A stretch of 64,000 bases of DNA from a bacterium (GTDB taxonomy: Bacteria > Pseudomonadota > Alphaproteobacteria > Rickettsiales > RI-342), in the NCBI GenBank assembly GCA_016124905.1, contig WGMV01000026.1, forward strand, positions 5,681 to 69,680, written 5' to 3'. The notes beneath the pieces were generated by a model. It ran no database searches and had not been told where the DNA came from. It saw nothing but the letters and a program-made list of their open reading frames with translations. This document shows, one piece after another, positions 36,018 through 45,408 of this stretch. Every line of letters begins with the position of its first letter. Positions within the stretch are counted from its first letter, which is position 1. The translations under genes and the position numbers were made by a program.

Positions 36018-37253
36018 ATGGGTGCCATGAGCAACGCCGATAACATCACCGCCAAGCAGGATGCCGCACCGGGTTTTGGGCGCGGGCGTTCGGCCTTGGG
36101 GACGTTTCTGGGCGGGTTTACGGGTGCTGCGATTTTCGGCACCATCCGCAAAATCATGCAGACACGTGTGGCCCAGGAAAAAGAACTCGACCAGCATCGC
36201 CCACTGCCACAGGCCAGCGAAGAGCAGGTGCGCCAGAGCGGCGTGCTGCGCTACCGCGATGCGGCGGAAAAGCTGATACCAGGCTTTGACCGCAAGACGG
36301 CGAATGAATATGGCGAATTCGCGGGTTTCTTTGCCTTCATGACCGGCGCGACGGTGCTGAAACCCCTTTATGACCGACTGCTGGGCAAGCGCGATGACGC
36401 ATATGAGAAGCGCGGCCCAGTCGCGGCCGCCAAAGGCGGGCTAAGCTGGCTTGCGCATTATGTCATCCGCTTTCCCGTGGCCGCTGCGGCGGCACTGGTG
36501 CCCTATGCATTGATGGGAAAATTTCTGGACGAGAACCTCTACACAGGCCCGAAGGAGATCCCCGCGGATGCCAATCTGGCGGAGCATGCGGCGCTGAGCG
36601 CGCACAACGCGGTGCAGACGCCATTCGGCAAAATGTTTTCCCGCGTGGCCATCATGTTCAGCACCTTCAACGTGTCGCACCGCGCCCTGTCGCGCACAGT
36701 GGACAAAGTCATTGGCCCGGCCCCGGGCAAGGCGGAAGAGCCCAAACCGCCGCGCAATATCTTCGCCAATGCATTCAAGGAATTATACGACACCACCTTT
36801 GGCACCATCGTGCCGGTGATGATTTCCGTCACGCCGCTGGTGAGCACGCTCTTTTTCACCAACGACACGCAGAAAAAGGCGTTTCAGCAACGGTTGAGCG
36901 CCAAGCTTCAGCGCGTTGAAGAGGCGAATGCGCTCGACCATGTCGCCGGGCTCGGTTTCAAGGCGGGCGAAGCCCTGAACCAGGGTGTGAAACGTGTTTA
37001 CGACACGGTAATGCCTGAACAAGCACGCGCCAAACTTATGGAAAAAGGCCTGAACATCGGCGAGCAGGAAGCCATTGCCGCCTATGCGCTTGCAACCGGG
37101 CTTGCCTATGCAAGCTATGCGGCCACGCGTACGGATGCGGTGGAACCGGCCGTGAAAAAAACTTTCGCCGTCGGCAAGGTGCTGGCGCCGCATGCCGATG
37201 CGCAACTGGCGGCATCGCACGATGCACCCGTGACGGAACAGGCCGTGCATTGA
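36018..37253 (+). CDS. hypothetical membrane-associated protein (411 aa)
   Basis: Long clean ORF with several hydrophobic segments (GTFLGGFTGAAIFGTI, FAGFFAFMTGATVL, VIRFPVAAAAALVPYALMG, IVPVMISVTPLVSTLFF). No motif recognised. Confidence 0.65.
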   Translation: MGAMSNADNITAKQDAAPGFGRGRSALGTFLGGFTGAAIFGTIRKIMQTRVAQEKELDQHRPLPQASEEQVRQSGVLRYRDAAEKLIPGFDRKTANEYGEFAGFFAFMTGATVLKPLYDRLLGKRDDAYEKRGPVAAAKGGLSWLAHYVIRFPVAAAAALVPYALMGKFLDENLYTGPKEIPADANLAEHAALSAHNAVQTPFGKMFSRVAIMFSTFNVSHRALSRTVDKVIGPAPGKAEEPKPPRNIFANAFKELYDTTFGTIVPVMISVTPLVSTLFFTNDTQKKAFQQRLSAKLQRVEEANALDHVAGLGFKAGEALNQGVKRVYDTVMPEQARAKLMEKGLNIGEQEAIAAYALATGLAYASYAATRTDAVEPAVKKTFAVGKVLAPHADAQLAASHDAPVTEQAVH

Positions 37254-37311
37254 GCCTTGCCTTTCATTTCCAGCGGAGCATAATGGTTATTCATAAGCTC
37301 CGAGGCTTGCC

Positions 37312-37740
37312 ATGAACCATCACGCACAGCTTGAAGATCACCTGGTATTCGAGGAAACAACCGCGGGCATCCACATCCGCGTGGTGCCGGTTTATCTGGA
37401 TGAGCATTCCGCACCGGAAGATCATAATTACGTGTGGGCCTACCATGTGCATATCGAAAACCTCGGCTCGCGCACGGTGCAGCTGTTGAACCGTTACTGG
37501 CGCATCACCGATGCGCAGGGGCGCGTGGAAGAGGTGAGCGGCCCGGGCGTGGTGGGTGAGCAACCCGTATTGAAGCCGGGCGAGGCCTATGAATATACCA
37601 GCGGCTGCCCGCTGAACACGGCATCGGGCTTCATGGTGGGCCATTATGAAATGGCAACCGACGAAGGCGAGCGTTTCAACGTCGCCATTCCGGCATTTGC
37701 GCTGGATGTGCCGGACCGCATTCCGGTAAGCATTCATTAA
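37312..37740 (+). CDS. apaG: ApaG (DUF525) protein
   Basis: VWAYHVHIENLGSRTVQLLNRYWRITDAQGRVEEVSGPGVVGEQPVLKPGEAYEYTSGCPL...G.M.G.Y is the canonical ApaG core. GAGG SD. Confidence 0.9.
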   Translation: MNHHAQLEDHLVFEETTAGIHIRVVPVYLDEHSAPEDHNYVWAYHVHIENLGSRTVQLLNRYWRITDAQGRVEEVSGPGVVGEQPVLKPGEAYEYTSGCPLNTASGFMVGHYEMATDEGERFNVAIPAFALDVPDRIPVSIH

Positions 37741-37852
37741 TATAAGCCTGACTATGTCAGGCTTATATTCCTTTGCCTTACCTGCGCTACACGCAGGACT
37801 ATGCCCGCATTAGCGGGCGGGCCCTCAATGGGCCAGTCGCGCGGCGCGCTCC
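37741..37852 (+). repeat. multi-hairpin intergenic mosaic, copy C
   Basis: TATAAGCCTGAC-TAT-GTCAGGCTTATA directly after the apaG stop. Then TGCCTTACC, hairpin CTGCG-CTACA-CGCAG, GACTATG, hairpin GCCCGC-ATTA-GCGGGC, and CAGTCGC...GCGCTCC. Confidence 0.7.
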
Positions 37853-37942
37853 GCCTTTTGTTGGCCCTTGGCGTTCGTATACGTGCAATTAACGAGACTC
37901 TAACTGCTTTTTAAGCCTTATCGGCTATGTTCCTAACACGAT

Positions 37943-40096
37943 ATGAACCAGCATGACCACGGTCATGGGAGAATAATGGTGGAACGTTTCAACGAACAGG
38001 CGCAGGCCGCCGTCAAACGCGAGCTTGAGATTATCTGGGCCGCGCATAAGCGCGTGGGGCTGGATGGCTACATGTGCCTTTACACCATGAACAATCAGGA
38101 TATCTGGCGCGCGCAGCAGCCAGGGCAGACATTCTGGTTCGGGCCAAACGAGAATGACGCGGCGGTGGAGCATCTGCGCCGCTATTACAATGACGGCAAC
38201 CTGCCCAACTCGCCGCTGCTGCTATGCCCGATTGTGCACAAGAAACAGCAAGGCACCGATAAGCCGGAGCCGATCGGATCGGGCATTGCGTGGAGCATGT
38301 CGCTTTGCCTCGGCATTGCGGAATTTTCCGCCGAGGGCGAGCAGCGCATGCGCATGGTGGGCGCCATGACGGGCCGCCTGACGCGCGGCGACAATAAAAA
38401 TGCGGGCCTCAAGATTGTGGCCATTGCCGACCGTATTTTGAAACCCACCGACGATACGGCGGTGGAAGGCTGCCGCGAGCTGTATGAGACATCCGGCTTT
38501 CAAAGCCAGGAATTCTACCCGTTCTATCTGCTTTCGGGCATCGAGTATCTTTCCAAGAACGGGTTGTTCATTCACCCCAATTTCATGCAGCTGGAATATA
38601 AGGGCCATAAGCTGAAGGATGCAGCCGTGGGTGAGGTGGTTTCCACCAATACCACCACCATTCAGACGCTTCAGGATGCGGCGACCTGCTGGCATGCCTA
38701 TGACCATCACCATTCGCTGTTTTTGCGGTTCGGCATCGATGCGCCGAATCTGGAAGATAATCTCAAATATTATAACCTGGTGGGGCGAGATTTTCGCCTG
38801 CTGGACAATACCGGCGCCAAGCACGTGGATGCCGACACGAGCGCGAGTTTCGACTTTCTGGTGGATGGCTGGCTGCCGCGCGGCGCGGTGACGGTGATCG
38901 GCGCAACAGGCGGCACGGGCAAAAGCTCGCTGGCGCATAACCTGGCGGTGAAATGCGCCATCGATTACAAACCGGGGGAACCGAACCCTACCTGGCTCGG
39001 ATCGAAGATCAACCTCGATAAATGCAAAGGCATCTGCGTGTATTTCTCGGGTGAGGACGGCCCTGCCATCGTGCATGCGCGCGCTAAGGTCTATGACCCG
39101 GAAGGGCGCGCGAAAAGGCTGATGTTTCAGCGCACGGATTTCGGCGAGGGCGGCACTATCTCCAGCTTTTTGAAAGAACTCTACAAGCTGCCGGACGTAC
39201 CGCTGGTGGTGATCGACCCCGCGCGAAAATACCTGACCGGGGATGAGAATGACGCCGGCGTGGTGAGCGAGTTTTTTGAAGCGATCGAGGAATTCGCCAT
39301 CAACAAGAATGCGGCGATGGTGGTGGTGCACCATCTGGTGAAAGGCGCACGCCCGAATAATGTGGCCGATATTTATGACATGCTGCGCGGCAGCCAGGTG
39401 TTTATCGACCGTCCGCGCGTGGTGATCGGCATGTACCGCGAAGGCGGGCATACGATTGCGGGGCTTTCCAAGAACAACATTCCGCCGCAGCTTGGCATGG
39501 TGCAGGGCGAACGGGTCTATCGCCGCGATGGCGACCGGCTTGAGCAGGTACTGATCGGCGCACGCGGGATGGATGCCGTGCTGGAGGATGAGGATTCGCC
39601 CATCGCAGCGGAAAAAGGATTTCTTCCGATTGAGAAGCTGATTGAAATGGGTCTGGTGGATGCGAAGCTGCTGATGCCGGATGCGCAAGTGGCACCCGCT
39701 GCTTCCGCGCCACCTACCGCAAATGCTCCTGCGCCAACTCCCGCAGCCGTACCCGCTGCACCACCTGCGCCAGTTATAACCGCACCGGCTCCCGTGGTTG
39801 CACCAGTAGCGCCCGCTCCCGTAGTTGCTCCTGCGGCACCTGCACCTGTGGCCGCACAGCCTGCACCACCTCCTGCTGTCGCACCTGCCGCTGTTCCACC
39901 GCCCCCCCGCCCGGTTACCGCCATGCGGCCAATCATGCGGCCTGCACGGCCTGCCGTGCGGCCGTTGCCGGTGCGGCCCGTTACGCCCGCGGCTCCGCCG
40001 GTGCAAGTGGCGGCCACACCCGGAGCATCCGCCGCCCCGACGCAGAAACCGCTTGAAACTCCCACGGTTCCCGGCGACAAACAGGGCAATAGTTAG
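37943..40096 (+). CDS. RecA-fold ATPase (AAA_25 / RepA-DnaB-like) with unknown N-terminal domain and Pro/Ala-rich C-terminal tail
   Basis: Walker A GATGGTGKSSLA, Walker B PLVVIDPARKYL, and AMVVVHHLVKGARP, which I associate with RepA-like helicase-family ATPases. The last ~140 aa are A/P/V low complexity. The start may be the ATG at 37976 (GGGAGA upstream). Confidence 0.75.
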   Translation: MNQHDHGHGRIMVERFNEQAQAAVKRELEIIWAAHKRVGLDGYMCLYTMNNQDIWRAQQPGQTFWFGPNENDAAVEHLRRYYNDGNLPNSPLLLCPIVHKKQQGTDKPEPIGSGIAWSMSLCLGIAEFSAEGEQRMRMVGAMTGRLTRGDNKNAGLKIVAIADRILKPTDDTAVEGCRELYETSGFQSQEFYPFYLLSGIEYLSKNGLFIHPNFMQLEYKGHKLKDAAVGEVVSTNTTTIQTLQDAATCWHAYDHHHSLFLRFGIDAPNLEDNLKYYNLVGRDFRLLDNTGAKHVDADTSASFDFLVDGWLPRGAVTVIGATGGTGKSSLAHNLAVKCAIDYKPGEPNPTWLGSKINLDKCKGICVYFSGEDGPAIVHARAKVYDPEGRAKRLMFQRTDFGEGGTISSFLKELYKLPDVPLVVIDPARKYLTGDENDAGVVSEFFEAIEEFAINKNAAMVVVHHLVKGARPNNVADIYDMLRGSQVFIDRPRVVIGMYREGGHTIAGLSKNNIPPQLGMVQGERVYRRDGDRLEQVLIGARGMDAVLEDEDSPIAAEKGFLPIEKLIEMGLVDAKLLMPDAQVAPAASAPPTANAPAPTPAAVPAAPPAPVITAPAPVVAPVAPAPVVAPAAPAPVAAQPAPPPAVAPAAVPPPPRPVTAMRPIMRPARPAVRPLPVRPVTPAAPPVQVAATPGASAAPTQKPLETPTVPGDKQGNS

Positions 40097-40116
40097 TTTG
40101 CACCTGTAGGTTTGCC

Positions 40117-41031
40117 ATGCATTGCCGTACATCCACCATGCTGGGTATTTTTTCACTCGCCACCTGGGCCATGCTGCCCGTGATGGCGGCGTGGCTCGGG
40201 CCGGTGCCCGCGATGCAGCTCAACATGCTGGCATTCACCACGGCGTTTATCCTGTATCTGGTGATCTGGAAATTCGAGCGCGCGCCCATCGGCAGCTATT
40301 TCAAACTGAAGCCGCATGTGTGGGGCATCGGGCTGGTCGGGATATTCGGGTTCCACATGGTGTATTTCCTGGCGTTCAAGCATGCGCCTTCGGTGGAAGC
40401 CTTTTTGATCGTCGAGTTCTGGCCGCTGCTGCTGCTGATTTTCTCCGCCCTGTTCGGCGGCACGAAACTGAAGACGGAACATTATATCGGCGCGGCGCTG
40501 GCGCTGGCTGGCGTGCTGCTGGCGATCACCAAGGGTGACTGGAACGCGTTGTTTTTCGTGTGGAAGCCTGGGCATGCGCTGGCGCTGCTGGCGGCGGTGA
40601 TCTGGTCGGGCTATTCGGTGATGAACAAGCGTTTTTCAAGCGACATTCCCGGCCATGCGGTGGGGATGTTCTGCGGGCTGGCGGCGGTGCTTTCGGGCAT
40701 CTGCCATTTCGTGTTCGAAGCGTGGCAGCCGCTTTCTCCTCTGCAATGGATTGTGATTGCCGTGATGGGAGCGCTGCCGATGGGTATTTCCTTCGTCTGG
40801 TGGCAGCATGGCATGCAGAAGGGCAATATGGCGCTGCTTGGTATTCTCGCATTCGCCATCACGGTGATCGGCACCTTGCTGCTGGTGCTGTTCGGCTATG
40901 CGCCCTTCTCTATCGCGATTGTGTTTGCCACCGTTCTGGTAACGCTTGGGGGCATCATGGGCAGCGGCATTACGCCCGCTTCGCTGAAGAAGGCGAAGGA
41001 TGACATCATGGATGAATCGGTGCATCCGTAA
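40117..41031 (+). CDS. EamA/DMT-family transporter (10 TM)
   Basis: Two EamA-like five-helix halves, hydrophobic throughout. Confidence 0.8.
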   Translation: MHCRTSTMLGIFSLATWAMLPVMAAWLGPVPAMQLNMLAFTTAFILYLVIWKFERAPIGSYFKLKPHVWGIGLVGIFGFHMVYFLAFKHAPSVEAFLIVEFWPLLLLIFSALFGGTKLKTEHYIGAALALAGVLLAITKGDWNALFFVWKPGHALALLAAVIWSGYSVMNKRFSSDIPGHAVGMFCGLAAVLSGICHFVFEAWQPLSPLQWIVIAVMGALPMGISFVWWQHGMQKGNMALLGILAFAITVIGTLLLVLFGYAPFSIAIVFATVLVTLGGIMGSGITPASLKKAKDDIMDESVHP

Positions 41032-41040
41032 TCTTTCTTT

Positions 41041-41121
41041 CGTCATTCCAGCGAAAGCTGGAATCCATGAAGAGACTCATCCGCAATGATTATACAGATT
41101 GCATGGCTCGCTGGAATGACG
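41041..41121. repeat. MITE/REP-like element with CGTCATTCC/GGAATGACG termini
   Basis: CGTCATTCCAGCGAAAGCTGGAATCCATG (41041-41069) and an inverted truncated copy ...GCTCGCTGGAATGACG (to 41121). Lies between the convergent EamA and cinA-like genes. Confidence 0.65.
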
Positions 41122-41135
41122 GGCATTGCAGATGA

Positions 41136-41891
41136 TCAGGCGGCCAGATCGCGCTCAATCGGCTCCTGCCCTAACCCACGCATCATCGCGCGCACCTTTT
41201 CGGCGGCGGCATTGATGGAGGCTTTGTTCGTGCCGCGCAGGATGATGGTGGTGGCGAATTTGCCTTCGCTCATCAGTGGGTAGCTGCCGATGTCGATATC
41301 CGCATGGTCCTTCTGAATGGCGGCAAGGCCCGCGGCCATGCGGCTTTCCGGCAGGATGGCGCTGACAGCGACGGATTGGATGGCCTCGCCCTTGCGGAGC
41401 ATGGGCAGCACATTATCCAGCATGGCCTGCATGATGGAAGGCACCCCGGCCATGACAAAGATGTTTTTGATGTGAAAACCTGGCGCAAGGCTGATGGGGT
41501 TGTCAATCAGGCCTGCGCCTTCCGGGATGCGCGCCATGCGTAGCCGGGCTTCGGTAATCTGGTCGCCGTAGTGATCGCGCAGGATTTTGGCGGCGGCGGG
41601 GTGCTCGCCAATGCCCACTCCAACGGCTTTAGCAACACAATCGGCCGTGATGTCATCATGCGTGGGGCCTATGCCGCCGGTGGTGAAAACATAGTCAAAC
41701 CCTGTCATGCACTGGCGTATGGTGGCTATAATCGTGGCCTCGATATCGGGAATCACGCGGACTTCCTGCAGCCGCACCCCATGTTCGGACAGTTTTTTTG
41801 CCAGATAATTCAGGTTTTTATCCTGCGTGCGGCCGGAAAGTATCTCGTTGCCGATGATCAGCAGGCAGGCGGTGGGGTTGTTTTGTTGCAT
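41136..41891 (-). CDS. molybdopterin-binding (MoCF_biosynth) CinA-N-terminal-like protein
   Basis: ACLLIIGNEILSGRTQDKNLNYLAKKL...VFTTGGIGPTHDDITA, the typical MogA/CinA-type domain. Confidence 0.8.
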   Translation of the reverse strand: MQQNNPTACLLIIGNEILSGRTQDKNLNYLAKKLSEHGVRLQEVRVIPDIEATIIATIRQCMTGFDYVFTTGGIGPTHDDITADCVAKAVGVGIGEHPAAAKILRDHYGDQITEARLRMARIPEGAGLIDNPISLAPGFHIKNIFVMAGVPSIMQAMLDNVLPMLRKGEAIQSVAVSAILPESRMAAGLAAIQKDHADIDIGSYPLMSEGKFATTIILRGTNKASINAAAEKVRAMMRGLGQEPIERDLAA

Positions 41892-41964
41892 AGGAAGGCT
41901 TGGCGAATCCGTAAGTTGGCTTTATGATAGGGTTTCATGTCTTTACAAGAGAATACCAGCTTCC

Positions 41965-42780
41965 ATGCTTCATGCCAAACATTCGCAAGATCCATCCATC
42001 CCGCTGCACGATGTGGCGAGCTACGAGGGGATGCGCAAAGCAGGCCGACTGGCGGCGGAAGTGCTGGATGCGGTTGCCGCTAAGGTAGCCCCCGGCGTGA
42101 CGACGGAAGAGCTGAACCAGTTCTGCCATGAAATGATTGTGGGCCGGGGCGCCGTTCCCGCGCCGCTGGGTTATCGCGGGTTTCCCAAATCCATCTGCAC
42201 CTCGGTGAACCATGTGGTGTGCCACGGTATTCCGTCCGACGACAAGGCGCTGAAGGATGGCGATTGCCTGAATATCGATGTCACCGTCATCGTGGATGGC
42301 TGGCATGGCGATACCAGCCGCATCTACTGGGTGGGCGAAGTAAACCAGAAGGTGAAACGCCTGACGCAGGTGACCTATGACGCCATGATGCTCGGCATTG
42401 AGCAGGTGAAGCCCGGCGCGCAGCTCGGCGATATCGGGCATGCGATCCAGACTTACGCCGAGAAGCACGGCTATTCCATCGTGCGGGATTATTGCGGGCA
42501 CGGGCTCGGCAAGATATTCCACACCGCGCCCAACATTCTGCATTACGGCAAACCGGGCACGGGGCTCCGGCTGGAGGAAGGCATGTTCTTCACCATCGAG
42601 CCCATGATCAACGCGGGCAAGGCCGCCACCAAACTCAGCGACCATGACGGCTGGACGGTGACGACGCGCGACCGCTCCCTCTCCTGCCAGTTCGAGCATT
42701 CCCTGGCGGTGACGAAAGACGGGTTTGAGATATTCACGACCTCCCCCAAGGGCATGCACTGCCCGCCTTACGGCGCATAG
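41965..42780 (+). CDS. map: type I methionine aminopeptidase
   Basis: GMRKAGRLAAEVLD..., NHVVCHGIP, DVTVIVDGWHGD, GHGLG, FTIEP and QFEHS metal-ligand motifs. The start at 41965 avoids overlap with the divergent cinA-like gene. Confidence 0.92.
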   Translation: MLHAKHSQDPSIPLHDVASYEGMRKAGRLAAEVLDAVAAKVAPGVTTEELNQFCHEMIVGRGAVPAPLGYRGFPKSICTSVNHVVCHGIPSDDKALKDGDCLNIDVTVIVDGWHGDTSRIYWVGEVNQKVKRLTQVTYDAMMLGIEQVKPGAQLGDIGHAIQTYAEKHGYSIVRDYCGHGLGKIFHTAPNILHYGKPGTGLRLEEGMFFTIEPMINAGKAATKLSDHDGWTVTTRDRSLSCQFEHSLAVTKDGFEIFTTSPKGMHCPPYGA

Positions 42781-42788
42781 GCAGCGGC

Positions 42789-43544
42789 ATGGCGGCCAAA
42801 GCCCACACGCTTTCGCTGGCCTTGACGGAGGATGCGGCGGCAGTTGAACCCGCCAAAAAACCCAAAACGGAAAAGCCGCATTTCACCGGGCACAGGCAGC
42901 GGCTGCGTGAGCGCTTTTTGAAAAGCATGGGCAGCGATCTGCATGATTACGAGATCATCGAGATGCTATTATTCGCCGCGCATCCGCGCGGGGATACCAA
43001 ACCGCTGGCCAAAAAGCTGATTGCCAAGTTCGGCAGCCTTCAGGGGGTGCTCGGCGCGGGCAGCAAAGCGCTGATGGAAGTGGAAGGCGTGAGCGAGGCT
43101 TCCGCCACGTCGCTGTGCCTGGTGCATTCGGCCTGCGAGCGTTACCTCGGCGCACGGATGATGAACAAGACGGTGCTTTCCAACTGGGAAGACCTGCTGG
43201 ATTACTGCCGCCTGAGCATGGGGCACCTGAAGGAAGAGCAGTTCCGCATCTTCTACCTCAACAAGGCCAATGCGCTGATTGCCAATGAGCTGCAGCAGAA
43301 GGGATCCGTTGACCATGCGCCCGTGTATGTGCGCGAGGTGGTGAAGCGGGCGCTGGAAATCGGCGCGACCGCCATGATCCTCTGCCATAACCACCCGAGC
43401 GGGCTGGCCAAGCCATCGCGTGCGGACGCGGACATCACCAAGCTCATCGCGGATGCCGGAAAGCCGCTCGGGCTGGTGGTGCATGACCATGTCATCATTA
43501 CCCAGCATGGGTATTTCTCCATGAAATCGAATGGAATGATTTAG
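42789..43544 (+). CDS. radC: RadC-family JAB-domain protein (UPF0758)
   Basis: GHRQRLRERF...HhH region...ILCHNHPSGLAKPSRADADIT (JAMM motif). Confidence 0.88.
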   Translation: MAAKAHTLSLALTEDAAAVEPAKKPKTEKPHFTGHRQRLRERFLKSMGSDLHDYEIIEMLLFAAHPRGDTKPLAKKLIAKFGSLQGVLGAGSKALMEVEGVSEASATSLCLVHSACERYLGARMMNKTVLSNWEDLLDYCRLSMGHLKEEQFRIFYLNKANALIANELQQKGSVDHAPVYVREVVKRALEIGATAMILCHNHPSGLAKPSRADADITKLIADAGKPLGLVVHDHVIITQHGYFSMKSNGMI

Positions 43545-43613
43545 GCATCCGGCTCTTGTTTTTAGGCGCGCCAGCCCCTAGTTGCTAATGAAGTCCTTTC
43601 TGAAGAAATCCGC

Positions 43614-44909
43614 ATGTCCAATGTCTATGACGTACTGGCGCAACGCCCGGCGCTGAGCAGGGAAACGCTCTTTGTCGAGCTGGAGGAGCTGGCCGAGCGG
43701 CTGGTGAAATCCGGCCGGTTTCGCGTGGATGCGGGTGACCGCATCAATTTCATCCGCTTTTCTCACCCTGCTTGGGGCATTTATAAGATTTTCAGCAAGC
43801 GCGAATTGACCGACCCCAAGCTGGTGCCGGTGACCCTGCGCTATCTCCAGGAACTGCTCGAGAAACGTTACGAACCGCACGAGCTGGAAGCGGAGGCGAA
43901 GAACGAGCTGGCGCGGCTACAACGCGAGATCGGCAAATTCATCGAGGTGCCAGAGGAAACGGAGATGAAGCTGGCGCGCGCCATCGTGCAGGCCACGCAC
44001 CCGGCCGTGATGATGCTGATCCTCTGGGAAGAGGTGCAGGTGTTCGTGGCATACGGACATACGGTGGGCGATATGCTCGACATTGAAGGCTGGCAGAAGA
44101 TGGGCAGCAGCAGCGGGCTGCAAAGCACGGCCGGGCGGCGGGATTATTGCATCTACACCTCCGCCGGGGGCGACCCGTTTCATACAGGGGAGCATGCCAG
44201 CCCGCATGATGGGCAGGCCGCACTGGCACGGCTGATGGTGATCGCCGCGCAGGAAATGGGGCATTTCGCCGATATCCGCCGCGGCAGCCTGGGTGAGCCG
44301 GTATCGCGCCATTCAGCCAATATCTCCGTCACGCAAGCCACGGATCAGGTGCGGCTTGCACGGCTGAACGACCTGAAACATGCCAAACAACTGCAGCAAC
44401 AGCTTGCAAAACTGGGGCTGGATGAAGGGATGAAACTCGAACAGTCGGCCCAGTTTTATGCCAAGCACCGCGCGAAAGACCGTATCGCCAAAAGCAGCGC
44501 GGGCAAGGCCAAACGCTATCATCAGCGGTTTCTGGCCAAGGCGCTGAAATCCGGCTTTGTCTGGCTGAAGCAGATGCCGGCCTCTTCGCAGCCGATGACC
44601 GATATCGGGCGGATGCTGGATGACATGCTGTTCAACCTCGCCCCGGAAGCAGAGGCCTACCGCCGAGCAGACCCCGTGGTGCAGGAGGCCATCGCCTGCG
44701 CCGAAGCCCTCGCCCGCGTGCCGCAGCAGGCGGTGAAATGGAGCCATAAAATCACCATCGCCCTATGGCCTGCGATGTACAATATCTATTACGGCCAGGT
44801 GATTCCCGCCGTGGTGGCAAGTTATGAACAGATTTCCGGGCAAAAATACCGTTTTAGCTATACAAAACCGGCACCTGCGCGGCGAATCTGGTGGAAGTTC
44901 TGGCGTTGA
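43614..44909 (+). CDS. hypothetical protein (431 aa)
   Basis: Clean ORF with normal GC. No family recognised. It contains AAQEMGHFAD, which is only superficially metalloprotease-like. Confidence 0.65.
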   Translation: MSNVYDVLAQRPALSRETLFVELEELAERLVKSGRFRVDAGDRINFIRFSHPAWGIYKIFSKRELTDPKLVPVTLRYLQELLEKRYEPHELEAEAKNELARLQREIGKFIEVPEETEMKLARAIVQATHPAVMMLILWEEVQVFVAYGHTVGDMLDIEGWQKMGSSSGLQSTAGRRDYCIYTSAGGDPFHTGEHASPHDGQAALARLMVIAAQEMGHFADIRRGSLGEPVSRHSANISVTQATDQVRLARLNDLKHAKQLQQQLAKLGLDEGMKLEQSAQFYAKHRAKDRIAKSSAGKAKRYHQRFLAKALKSGFVWLKQMPASSQPMTDIGRMLDDMLFNLAPEAEAYRRADPVVQEAIACAEALARVPQQAVKWSHKITIALWPAMYNIYYGQVIPAVVASYEQISGQKYRFSYTKPAPARRIWWKFWR

Positions 44910-44962
44910 ATGGAACCGTTTTTACCACCCTGCCGCTGTATCATCCCGTTACAAGTTATAGC

Positions 44963-45030
44963 TTTTGTGCGTCGCAACAAAAACGCACAAAAATCAAAGG
45001 GTTGACTTTAATGTGAAAGTTTGGTTACAT
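44963..45030 (+). promoter_or_regulatory. 10-bp-arm palindrome (TTTTGTGCGT-N10-ACGCACAAAA) immediately upstream of a TTGACT-17 nt-TTACAT promoter-like pair
   Basis: Arms at 44963-44972 and 44983-44992. TTGACT at 45002-45007 and TTACAT at 45025-45030. About 75 nt upstream of the 60-aa ORF. Confidence 0.35.
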
Positions 45031-45103
45031 GCGTCAACCACATAGCACCCATTCCAAATGCATATGTGGATTAGGTAAATATAGCACTCATCAGGAGGCT
45101 TTT

Positions 45104-45286
45104 ATGGTTGCTGCGACCCGTTCCCCCGCCCTTGCCTATGGTAAATCGCTGGATGCCGCCGTGGCAGCATGGACAGCCAAACCGCAATCCTTCACGGGCA
45201 GCTATCGCCCACAATCCGATACGCGTGAGGAAACCTATCGCCTGAGCGATAAGGAAAATTTCTGCTGCGACCGTGCGACGGATTAG
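45104..45286 (+). CDS. 60-aa hypothetical small protein
   Basis: AGGAGG at 45093-45098, 5 nt before the ATG at 45104. MVAATRSPALAYGKSLDAAVAAWTAKPQSFTGSYRPQSDTREETYRLSDKENFCCDRATD. The ORF-track start at 45029 has no SD. Confidence 0.5.
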   Translation: MVAATRSPALAYGKSLDAAVAAWTAKPQSFTGSYRPQSDTREETYRLSDKENFCCDRATD

Positions 45287-45408
45287 GCCGCTGACGGGAT
45301 GGCGACTTAGTGCCGCCAGCCTGAATATGTATCGAGGCCGCAACAAAGCATTGCTTTAGCCGCTTGCGGCGCTAAACTCCCGACATAAAAAGAATATGGG
45401 AGTTATTC

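Noticed and set aside
35375-36157. 260-aa minus-strand ORF
   Set aside because: Antisense to bacterioferritin, which is unambiguous.
39690-40080. Repetitive GC-rich DNA (also 57411-58240) considered as a CRISPR or VNTR array
   Set aside because: There is no repeat-spacer periodicity. Both stretches are in-frame coding low-complexity (Pro/Ala tail, basic RNase R tail). No cas genes are present in the window.
38222-40156. 644-aa minus-strand ORF
   Set aside because: It lies antisense to the RecA-like ATPase, which has Walker A/B motifs. Its Arg/Cys/His/Gly-rich junk-like sequence is kept open by the GC-rich Pro/Ala-coding repeat.
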